Assembly (NCBI GenBank): GCA_041736305.1
Contig: JBGSTX010000096.1
Coordinates: forward strand, 1 to 38,035
DNA: 38,035 nt
Reading direction: 5' to 3'
DNA from: Oligoflexus sp.
GTDB lineage: Bacteria; Bdellovibrionota_B; Oligoflexia; Oligoflexales; Oligoflexaceae
Of the stretch, positions 9,176 to 17,900 are shown in pieces. The translations under genes and the position numbers were made by a program. Positions within the stretch are counted from its first letter, which is position 1. Each line of letters begins with the position of its first letter. A model generated the notes under the pieces. That model worked only from the letters and a program-made list of their open reading frames with translations, did not search any database and was not told where the DNA came from.

Positions 9176-10557
9176 TGCGTAAAATAGCTCGATTGGTAAT
9201 CGGTGGCGCTTCGAGTGGAAGCGGAAAAACCACGATGGTGGTCGCTCTCACAGCCGCTTTGCGGCGACGTGGACTCAAAGTTCAATGTTTCAAGTGCGGG
9301 CCGGATTATCTCGATCCCAGCTACCATCGTGAGGCGAGCGGCCGCGACTGTCATAATCTCGATAGTTGGATGATGGGCTCGCAGGCAGTGCGCGAAACCT
9401 TTGAACGCCAGACTGAGGACGTGGATATCGCTCTGGTCGAAGGGGTCATGGGCCTCTTTGATGGCGTCTCACCTCGAAGCGATGAGGGATCGACCGCAGC
9501 GATTGCTAAGATACTGGGAGCGCCGGTCGTGGTGGCCCTCGATGCTGGAGGAGTTGCCCGCACTCTGGCAGCTGTAGCTTTAGGGATGAAAATGTTTGAT
9601 CCGGAGCTGCCGGTACGAGCTTTTCTAGCCAATCGAGTGGGTTCCAAAGGGCATTTGGACCTCCTCAAGCAGGCTATGCCCGAGCAACTCTTAGGAGGTC
9701 TACCAAAAAGTCCGCATTTAAGCTTCCCTGAGAGGCACTTGGGATTGGTCACCGCGAATAAAGAGCACCTGAGTTCGACACAGCTAGATGAATGGGCAGT
9801 GCTGGCAGAGGAATACTTCGACATCGATGGGCTATTAGCTTTGGCTAGGGCTGCGGAACCTTGGAATGAAGTTCTTGGAGCTTCGACTTCTCAGCACGCT
9901 AGAGATTACAGAGAGCCTTGTCGCATTGCTATCGCTCGAGATGAGGCTTTTCATTTTTATTACGAAGCTAATCTAGAGCTACTGAAACAGGGAGGCGCGG
10001 AGCTCCTGCCATTCTCGCCTTTGCATGATGAGGCTCTGCCAGAGAATATCGACGCTATCTACATCGGAGGCGGCTATCCAGAGCTCTATGCGAAAGAACT
10101 CGCTGCACAGTCGCCTATGCGGCAAGCAATACTGGCTTTCGCGGGGAAGGGGGGGCTTGTTTATGCAGAATGCGGGGGCCTCATGTATCTCGGGAATCGT
10201 CTTCGCACTCTCGACGGAGCCAGCTATGAGATGCTAGGTCTCCTCCCTACCGAAGTGCAGATGCACCCTAAGCTGCAGGCTTTAGGCTACTGTGAGGTCG
10301 AGCTTCAGGAGGCCTGCGTGCTCGGGCCAGCCGGAACGAGATTTAGAGGCCATCAGTTTCGCTATTCAAGCCTCGACACTTTAGCTGCGGTACCGACTTT
10401 CTATCGCCTTAGACGACGGCGTGGAGGAGAAGTCATCGACGAAGGCTACGCTTCCCCTAGCGGCCGTATCCTCGGCAGTTACGTCCATGCACATTGGGCC
10501 TCTAATCAAGAAATCCCCAGGAATTTTCTAGCTCTGGCTCGCAGCCCGAGGCTCTAA
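9175..10557 (+). CDS. cbiA: Cobyrinate a,c-diamide synthase (CbiA/CobB)
   Basis: SGSGKTT, FKCGPDYLDP, NLDSW, VEGVMGLFDG, ERHLGL, DEAFHFYY, GGGYPEL, YAECGGLMYL, RGHQFRYS, SYVHAH. Confidence 0.96.
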   Translation: MRKIARLVIGGASSGSGKTTMVVALTAALRRRGLKVQCFKCGPDYLDPSYHREASGRDCHNLDSWMMGSQAVRETFERQTEDVDIALVEGVMGLFDGVSPRSDEGSTAAIAKILGAPVVVALDAGGVARTLAAVALGMKMFDPELPVRAFLANRVGSKGHLDLLKQAMPEQLLGGLPKSPHLSFPERHLGLVTANKEHLSSTQLDEWAVLAEEYFDIDGLLALARAAEPWNEVLGASTSQHARDYREPCRIAIARDEAFHFYYEANLELLKQGGAELLPFSPLHDEALPENIDAIYIGGGYPELYAKELAAQSPMRQAILAFAGKGGLVYAECGGLMYLGNRLRTLDGASYEMLGLLPTEVQMHPKLQALGYCEVELQEACVLGPAGTRFRGHQFRYSSLDTLAAVPTFYRLRRRRGGEVIDEGYASPSGRILGSYVHAHWASNQEIPRNFLALARSPRL

Positions 10558-10577
10558 GCTACCCGCTTCTCAGTGGA

Positions 10578-10784
10578 ATGAAGCTAAACTCTTTGGAGGA
10601 AAACCTTGAAACTCACTCGCTAGCCTTAACTCTACCGATTGCTTCGGGACAATTCGAGGAAGCCCGCACACGGATCCGCGCATGGATTCACGAGCTCCTC
10701 GATAGATCGCGGCGAGAGTCGGATGCGGATCAAATTTTTCAACTCAATGTGCAAATGTTTCTCGGTTTTCGCAAACTCTCATAG
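10578..10784 (+). pseudogene. Stand-alone C-terminal fragment resembling TIGR02147/DUF4423 proteins (pseudogene or miniprotein)
   Basis: SLEEN..HSLALTLPIASGQFEEARTRIRAWIHELL....DQIFQLNVQMF matches the TIGR02147 C-terminal pattern (lTlai...eak.lI..F...l......VYqlniQlF). No N-terminal HTH and no good RBS. Confidence 0.55.
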
Positions 10785-10838
10785 AAACTTAAAACTTCCC
10801 GCTTAGACCAAGAATCACATGGCTACGGGTACGCTCTA

Positions 10839-10928
10839 CTACCCCGGCTGTAGGGTCAGGATCGTGTGGCCATGATCAGCTTCGCCATTGAACTCCAGCA
10901 GTTCGCACTCCCAGGTCTTTAGCAGCTG
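10839..10928 (-). mobile_element. Remnant of an IS200/IS605-family Y1 (HUH) transposase tnpA
   Basis: Minus strand reads QLLKTWECELLEFNGEADHGHTILTLQPG*, matching the TnpA segment around the HUH motif (..WECELLEFNGEADHVH..). No start codon; stop at 10839-10841. Not in the supplied ORF track. Confidence 0.65.
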
Positions 10929-10987
10929 GGGTATGCAAAACGAGCAAAAGCAGGCAAAATGGTAGCTGCTCACTCGGAGGATGCCCT

Positions 10988-12022
10988 ATGCGCCTGCTGT
11001 TTTTCTTCGGAATTTTGCTCATCAATCTGTCTTGCAAGTCCTTTTCAAAGGAAAACAGCGCGCTTATGCCCTACGATGGGACCGATGGTATCGTCCAAGA
11101 AAACGAAAGCCAAAAGATTGAGCGCCGCAACCAGCCCGCACAGGTTCGCTTCCCTCGTCCCTGGAGATTCTGGCTTGACTCAGAGACGCCTATCGCAGCA
11201 GCTGCTGCTGAACTCAATCAGGCAAAGGCCGACGAAGCCAGGATCTTAAGTTTCCTTGCTGTGCAGAGCGTCGGCAGCTGGTATCGAGGCCCTTTCGAGA
11301 GCTTCTCGGTGAGACTAGCTAAACAACTATCGGGTGCGAATGAGCAGGAAGCCTTCGCGTTAATGGTACTTGATAATCTGCCCTACCGCGACTGCGCTAC
11401 AGATAAGCTAAAGAACGATGCTGCTGCCGAATACGAGCGCTGGATCGGGAGTGTTACGGGCCAGATAGCGGACAGCAAAACGGTAGTCATCCTCGAACCG
11501 CAAGGCATTGCTCGTCTCGACTGCCTGAGTGCTCAACTCAGACAAGAACGACTCGATCTCTTGCGAACTGCAGTGGGCGCACTCAAAAAAGGCAAAAACA
11601 CCCTCGTCTATATCGATGCAGGGGGGCCGGGAGTGCTTAAACTTGCAGATGCCAGCAGTCGCCTCAAAAGCGCAGGGATTGACGATGCTGATGGAGTCGC
11701 TCTCAATACTGGCCAGTATCAGACTACAGAGGCAGTCCTCCGCTACGGACTCAGTCTCCGCCGTAGTTTAGGATCGATAAACTTCGTGATCGACACGAGC
11801 CGAAACGGCAAGGGCCTACCACCTGGAGCAAAAGCCTGCAACCCAGCCGGCGCCGCCGTCGGTGAATTGCCGATCGAAGTACCTGATGACGAGGAAATCG
11901 ATAGCTTTGTGTGGTTGAAAGGGCCAGGCGAGTCCGATGGATCCTGCGGGCGCAATGAACCTCCCGCCGGTACATTCTTCAAAGCTCGCGCATTGCAGCT
12001 AGCGCGAGAAGCGGGCCTCTAA
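10988..12022 (+). CDS. Glycoside hydrolase family 6 (cellulase-like) lipoprotein with substituted catalytic residues
   Basis: Lipobox INLSC. GH6 motifs NLPYRDC, VILEP, YIDAG, FVIDTSRNG, CNP.G..VG, FVWLKGPGESDGSC. GGAGG RBS upstream. Confidence 0.85.
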   Translation: MRLLFFFGILLINLSCKSFSKENSALMPYDGTDGIVQENESQKIERRNQPAQVRFPRPWRFWLDSETPIAAAAAELNQAKADEARILSFLAVQSVGSWYRGPFESFSVRLAKQLSGANEQEAFALMVLDNLPYRDCATDKLKNDAAAEYERWIGSVTGQIADSKTVVILEPQGIARLDCLSAQLRQERLDLLRTAVGALKKGKNTLVYIDAGGPGVLKLADASSRLKSAGIDDADGVALNTGQYQTTEAVLRYGLSLRRSLGSINFVIDTSRNGKGLPPGAKACNPAGAAVGELPIEVPDDEEIDSFVWLKGPGESDGSCGRNEPPAGTFFKARALQLAREAGL

Positions 12023-12609
12023 GCGCTTTTGACTAGCTGCGGAATTCCCGCGGTCAGCGACAGCACAGTCGGACAAGAGGCCGCAATTCTCGTATTACAG
12101 CGGCCCACGAGCTGGCGGAAGAGCCTGGCAACCGGTCGCGGCGGACTGATGCCTGCTCCAACCTCGCTGCTCACGAGTATAAGGCGGCAGTTGGCGGGAA
12201 GCGCTTCGATCTCGCGGAGCAGCTCATCAATGAGACTCTCGACGTAGGGCCCTAGTTGCTCGGGCGAATATTTTTGCAGTTGCCTCAAGACCAAATTCGC
12301 TATCCACTGATTGATAGAATCTAGCAGTATCTGCTCGTACTGATGCGAGAGTTCGCGAATTTGTACGCCTAAATCGTTGCGCCCCTCGACATGCACCCAA
12401 TGATCGGGGCGTTGGCGTCGGAGTTCTCTGACGCGAGCTTCCAAAAAAGCCTCGGACAGATCAGCGGTACCAATGACGACCGTAGAGATGTCTGGGAGAC
12501 AGGCTTCATGGGCAAGTTCGGACTTACCTGAGTAGGCAGCACCAATAATAAGCATGGGTGAGGGCTGGCCACTAGTGGCCTGGACCGGGGCACTTAGGCT
12601 CTGGGACAT
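12019..12609 (-). CDS. cobU: Adenosylcobinamide kinase / cobinamide-phosphate guanylyltransferase homolog (CobU/CobP)
   Basis: P-loop IIGAAYSGKSELA, RPDHW..VE, LLDS...W..N, LVSSEVGAGI.P, R.FR..VG..N, AGIP. ATG 12609 chosen; the ORF is open from 12711. Confidence 0.85.
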   Translation of the reverse strand: MSQSLSAPVQATSGQPSPMLIIGAAYSGKSELAHEACLPDISTVVIGTADLSEAFLEARVRELRRQRPDHWVHVEGRNDLGVQIRELSHQYEQILLDSINQWIANLVLRQLQKYSPEQLGPYVESLIDELLREIEALPANCRLILVSSEVGAGISPPRPVARLFRQLVGRCNTRIAASCPTVLSLTAGIPQLVKSA

Positions 12610-12872
12610 AGGGGGAAGCTTCCCGACGCTGAAGGCGTCTTGCTGATGTTTTTGGGATGAGTAGATTTTAACACATTCGGGCCAAACGAACTCCCGCAGC
12701 AGCCTCGGCACGGTTTGAGTTGCTCACTTGATGGGATATTCGTAGCAGAGGATTTACTGGGCTGTTAAAAAGGTGCGTATGGACCTACTGAATGTTCAGC
12801 TGGCTGCATGCTGTTCTAAATTATTAATAAATATACCTTTTGCCAAATGCCAAAGATGGAGATCGAAACGAT

Positions 12873-14105
12873 ATGGGCTTCCTCGAAGTAATGCAAGAAC
12901 GCGGCATGCTCGCACAAGTGACGCATGAAGATGAGTTAAAGGCGTATTTGGCTTCTGGGGTTCGCACGGCCTATGCTGGCTTCGATCCGACAGCTGATAG
13001 TCTCCATGTCGGCCACCTCCTTCCCGTCCTGGCTCTCCGGCGCTGGCAGCAGGCGGGCCACCGCGTGATAGTTCTTTTAGGTGGTGGGACGGCCATGGTT
13101 GGTGATCCAAGCGGCAAATCTGAAATGCGGCAGATGGCCGATCAAACGCAAATCGATGCCCGGGCCGAACTTTTCAAAAAGCAGCTGGCACCTTTCCTCG
13201 ATTTTTCGAGCCCTGATAAGGCGATCGTCGTCAACAACGCTGACTGGCTACGCCCACTCGAATATCTGCCTTTTCTCCGTGAGATCGGCGTCCACTTCTC
13301 TGTCAATCGTATGCTAGCTGCCGAATGCTTTAAGCAGCGGCTGGAAAAAGGGCTGTCTTTTCTCGAATTCAACTACATGATCCTGCAGAGCTACGATTTC
13401 TATCACCTCAATAAGGTCTTGGATTGCGCCGTCCAACTTGGTGGTGATGACCAGTGGAGCAACATGCTCGGCGGTATGGAACTCGTTCGACGCAAAGAGC
13501 AACGGCAAGCCTTTTGTGTGACCCTACCTCTCTTGGTCAGCTCTGAAGGCAAAAAGATGGGCAAGACGGAGAAGGGGGCCGTCTGGATCGATCCTGAACT
13601 GACTTCGCCTTTCGACTTTTTTCAATACTTCCGCAACCTCGCCGATGAGATGGTCGAAAAGTGTCTCTTCTACTTCACAGACTTGCCCATCGCTGAAGTC
13701 CAGCGTCTCAGCCGCCTCGAGGGCAAGGCGATTAGCGAAGCTAAAATCGTGCTGGCATTTGAAGCCACAAAGATGGTTCACGGTGCCGAAGAAGCGGAAA
13801 AAGCCAAAGCTATGGCTGCCTCGCTCTTTAGTGGTGAGAGCGGGCGACCGGATGCACCGGTAGTTCTTATCGATGGGCAGGGTTTCAGCGGCTCGACTGT
13901 GAACATCGTCGAACTTCTAGTCAGCAGCAAGCTCTTTCCATCTAAGAGCGAAGTGCGTCGCATGATCGAGCAGGGAGGTCTCACTCTCGACAGTGAAAAA
14001 GTCGACGACTTAAACCTGATGATAGAGCTCTCACGGCTAAAATCCGCCGATGGCATTCTCCTTAGGAAGGGAAAAAAGGGCTATCATACGCTTAAGCTGA
14101 ATTGA
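12873..14105 (+). CDS. tyrS: Tyrosine--tRNA ligase
   Basis: YAGFDPTADSLHVGH, GDPSGK, EFNYMILQSYDF, QLGGDDQW, KMGKT, C-terminal S4 domain (SKSEVRRMIEQGG, RKGKK). ATG 12873 preferred over 12840. Confidence 0.97.
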   Translation: MGFLEVMQERGMLAQVTHEDELKAYLASGVRTAYAGFDPTADSLHVGHLLPVLALRRWQQAGHRVIVLLGGGTAMVGDPSGKSEMRQMADQTQIDARAELFKKQLAPFLDFSSPDKAIVVNNADWLRPLEYLPFLREIGVHFSVNRMLAAECFKQRLEKGLSFLEFNYMILQSYDFYHLNKVLDCAVQLGGDDQWSNMLGGMELVRRKEQRQAFCVTLPLLVSSEGKKMGKTEKGAVWIDPELTSPFDFFQYFRNLADEMVEKCLFYFTDLPIAEVQRLSRLEGKAISEAKIVLAFEATKMVHGAEEAEKAKAMAASLFSGESGRPDAPVVLIDGQGFSGSTVNIVELLVSSKLFPSKSEVRRMIEQGGLTLDSEKVDDLNLMIELSRLKSADGILLRKGKKGYHTLKLN

Positions 14106-14234
14106 ATTTCCCTGCAGCTAGAGCGATTTAAAAAAATATTAGGACCGCCAGCAAATTTTCTCAAGCTTCGCTGAGTCCCCGCCGAGCTTGTATTATAGAA
14201 CCGAGGATAAGACGGTAAAGAGGAGGCGGTCCTA

Positions 14235-14780
14235 ATGAAAAGAATAAATATGAACTTGCTGGCTATCACACTTCTAAGCTGCAACTTGAGTGGCACAGCG
14301 ATAGGGGCAGCTGTCGCTGCCAAGAAAGATGGAGTCCAGGTCACCGCAGCTCCTAAGAAAGATGCCAGCGTACTAGCCGAACTCAAAAAAGGCGAAAGCC
14401 TCGAAGCCCAGGACCGCGAAGGCATGTTCTGGAAAGTAAGCACTAAAGACGGCAAAGTCGGTTACGTGTCGGTGATGAGCGTACAGCGGCAATCGGCTGA
14501 CGATTCTGGTATTCAAGGCGCCCTCCGTGAAGCAGCTCTCGCGGCTCGTCAAAACGGAGATAGCACCGACTCCGCCCGAACTCGTTCGGCGGTGATGGGT
14601 GTGCGGGGTCTCGATGAAAGCAACGAAGCGGCTATGGCTGGTAATATTCGTCCCGATCTTCGTGCGGTCTATCGAATGGAAGATCGAGCCGTAGCTAGCA
14701 AACGCGTGGAAAAGATAGAAATGCTGGTGGCGAAAGAAGTTGAAAACGCCATGAATAAAAACGAAAAAGAGAGGCCATAA
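14235..14780 (+). CDS. Secreted SH3 (SH3b-like) domain protein
   Basis: Signal peptide, then SH3b pattern (LAELKKGESL..REGMFWKVSTKDGKVGYV), then a MGVRGLDE motif. Strong RBS AAGAGGAGG. Confidence 0.78.
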   Translation: MKRINMNLLAITLLSCNLSGTAIGAAVAAKKDGVQVTAAPKKDASVLAELKKGESLEAQDREGMFWKVSTKDGKVGYVSVMSVQRQSADDSGIQGALREAALAARQNGDSTDSARTRSAVMGVRGLDESNEAAMAGNIRPDLRAVYRMEDRAVASKRVEKIEMLVAKEVENAMNKNEKERP

Positions 14781-14818
14781 TCTCTTGATTTGATAGACAC
14801 TTTTTCCCTAGTCATTAC

Positions 14819-14845
14819 AGCTCTTCCCTTTAGGAAGAGCTTTTT
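14819..14845 (+). terminator. Intrinsic terminator after the SH3 gene
   Basis: AGCTCTTCC-cttta-GGAAGAGCT, a perfect 9-bp stem followed by a T-tract. Confidence 0.8.
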
Positions 14846-14976
14846 CTATTTTACTACTTTTTTCGCTCCTTAAATACCTGCCCTAAGCTGTCGCAATTCA
14901 TGATCTAATAAGCTTAACTTATGGTGCGCTAAACGGCTCCGATATTCTTCTTGTGAGTCATTCAGCGAGGTTTTTT

Positions 14977-17900
14977 ATGGTAGCTTTTCGAGTACTAATT
15001 TCGGGCCTTACTCTTGGTACAAGTCTGAGCGCTTGTTTCCAGCTACCGACTCAGTCGGTTGGACAAGTTACAGTACTAGACGGGTCGGCCCGCTCGGTGA
15101 ATACTCAAGTAGTTTCTGAAGGCAAAGCGTCGGCGACTATCGATGCCGACTCAAAAAGCCCTCAGCTCCTAGCGGCACCTGCTAGCGGAAACCTTTCAGG
15201 CTCGAGCATAACGATTCAGCCCGGCTCACTGGCGATCTCAGCGGACATCCTCGTCGAAGAGGCCATACCGCTCAGCGAAACGTCCTTGTTTAGCGAACTT
15301 CGCCTGACGGACGATGTTTCAGTTCAAAACGTGGGCTCAGGACTTATCGTTAGACCATCGCAGGGAGTTGATCTCGCGCACCCGCTGACGATCAATATGC
15401 CCATACCCGTCGCTTCTGGCCTTCGCCTGCAAAATTCTCAAAACATCGCTGTCTTCTATAAGCAATTTGGAAACGAGGGTCTGACCTCGGGTATTATTCC
15501 GGGTCATAAAATTCTTTTGAAAGGTGATGGCACAGTATCGTTTGAAGGTTATTTCGGGGCCTACTGGGTCGCTCTCATGAATAAGCCGGTGACGGAAGAA
15601 AAGATTGTGAAATCAGAAGAGCCTATCGTCAACACCCAACGCATCTCGGTAATCGAGACCGCAGGGGTGGTCACCGAAACGGCTATTGTCGCCAAGGCTT
15701 TGATACCAGAAGTCAGCTGGGCTAGTTCTGAACTGAAGTTGGAAGCCGATAGTCGAACCGTCTATCTCAAGGCTGCGGTCAAGGATGCGGCTCCTCTTAG
15801 CGCTTGTAAGGCCGATCTATTTCAAACGCCTCTCGATAAGTCCGGGCTGCTATTCGAACTGGGCTCCCAGACTCAGATGCGCTATGTCGTTGTAAAGCCT
15901 GAAGCGCATACGTTAATCGGTCGCTTTCGCTGCCAAGATTCACAAGGTCGCATGACAAGTTCACCTTGGTCACCGCTCATCAATATCCCGGCCTTGCGCA
16001 TAGTCGCTCCGCCGGTAGCCTGGGCAGCTGTCGACCTTAGCCTCGATCAGACTACGCGAGTGTTTAGCTTGCTAGCTAAAACGGTAAATTCTCGTTCGCT
16101 TAAAGATTGCGTGGCACTGTTCAAGCCAAGCACAGCCGGCGTCCTACCTATTTCTGTACAGACTGGATCGAATCTCATCGCACGCTACGAGCACAGTGCC
16201 CCTAGCGGTGAAACCTTTGACGCTCGCTTCCAGTGTCGCGATGAAGAAGGTCGACTCAGCGAATCACCTTGGTCCATTGCTATCACTGTAGCTGCCAAAG
16301 AAATAGCTCTTCCGATAGTCGGTGGCATAGTTGGACCAGGGCCAGGGGGTATTGGTGGAAGCGTCGCTACTATGTCGTGGGCTCCTACCTCACTTATACT
16401 TAATGCGGACAGGTCGGTTAGTCTACAAGCGTATCCTAATTCGACAGAAAATTTTCAATCATGTTCTGCGGAGTTTGCTCAGGATCCTAACGCTAGCTTC
16501 CCTATTTCGATAGCTGTTGGCGTTTCAGTGCAGAAGAACTTTACACCAAGCCTTTCCTCCCAACACCCGCTCTATGGGCGTATAGTCTGTCAAATGAAGT
16601 CTGGATCTGTTCAGAATTCGCCTTGGTCGGAACCTGTAACAGTTCCAGCTGCCGGTCCCAGTTACTGCGGTATCTCAGCTCCTCCCTTAGCTATTTACGG
16701 TAATCGCGGACTCGGCGCCCCTTTGTTTTATGACTATTTCCAGCACGTCGCCAGTACCTGTGCTTACGAAATGGATGTCTTCGTCGATGCAAATGTAAAT
16801 GTGGTAATTGCTTCGCCCGAGCAAAATTTAGTTTGCGGTAGCACAAATAATGCTTCAGTCGCGGACGGCCAGAGCTTCCAACTGAGCTGTGCATCCGAGA
16901 ATATCTCGAGCTTCAGTCAGAAGTATTTTTCTATCCCCCGTGGCAACTACCGGGCACGGCTTGATTTTGCAGCCAATACACAGAGCCCGAGCTTGGTCTT
17001 GCAAAAGATCAGCTGTCCGAGCGGAGATCTCTTCCTAAGAATGGATTCAGGGGCCATGCAGAGCATGGAGCACCTCGGTGCTTGTGAGTTTGAAAAAACT
17101 GGCCTTAGCGTAAGTGGTTACGGAACAATGAAAATTACCAATGCGAGCGAAACTCGCTTTTGCGCTATCGACGGTAGTCCCAGTTATCTGTTTTCCGACA
17201 TGGATAGTTACGGGAGTTGTTCTGCTCCGCCGAGGGAGATTAGTCACTATCTAACAAGCGGAAACTATAACTTGCATCTGCGCAGTGGTTTGAGTGCTGA
17301 TCCTTCAGGAATGAACCCTAATAGAATGGAAATTTGGGCTTCGAAGGAAGCGGCCTGTCCACCAAACTACCACCTTCTTACAGGCTCTAGCAGCTCGATG
17401 ACAGCCGCTAACGCTTTTGTTTTTCATGACGTTTCAGATGGACGCTGTCGCTATACTTATGATTGGATGAGCGGACCTGTAGCACCCTTCAATTTCAAGA
17501 TTGGGACAGCACCTGCGACCATATGCGGAACCAGCGACATGCCTAGTTCCAGTGGGTCAAGCGCATCTTGGTATATAGGCTGTGGAACTTCTCCCTTTCA
17601 ATGGGGAGAGATTCAAGCCAACCATGCCTATTTCTTGGAGCTGTTTGTAAATCCTACTGACGGCAGCCTTTCTGAATTGAAAATCAACGACGCTAAACCG
17701 GATTGCAGAAATTCCATCTATTTACAGCCAGAAGCCGAACGGGGGATATTTCTAGACGGTAGCCGCATGATGTTCCAAAAAGAGGAGTATCTCTATGAGT
17801 ACCAATGGACACCGAATGCAAATACAGGTTTTCAACTTGTTTCTAAAGACGGTTCGGAGATGAAAGTCTGTGGCCTCTCAGCGGGTTCTCCTGATGTAGT

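Noticed and set aside
10795..10930. Possible 6S or SRP RNA (long imperfect hairpin with TTGAAC..GTTC)
   Set aside because: The bubble is asymmetric, the SRP GGAAGGAAGCAGC core is absent, and the region is better explained by the tnpA-like peptide on the minus strand.
12610..12840. Cobalamin riboswitch upstream of cobU (hairpins GGGAAGCTTCCC at 12613-12624 and GACGC-tgaag-GCGTC next to the start)
   Set aside because: No recognisable GGGAA..GGTG..AnTCC, ACTGT, GCCACTG or B12-box elements in order. An Infernal search would be needed.
12720..12872. T-box leader for tyrS
   Set aside because: No GGTGGnACC T-box sequence or terminator/antiterminator visible.
14161..14188. Sigma28-like promoter before the SH3 gene (TCAAGCTT-N12-GCCGAGCT)
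   Set aside because: Both spacing and the -10 element deviate from consensus; too weak to call.
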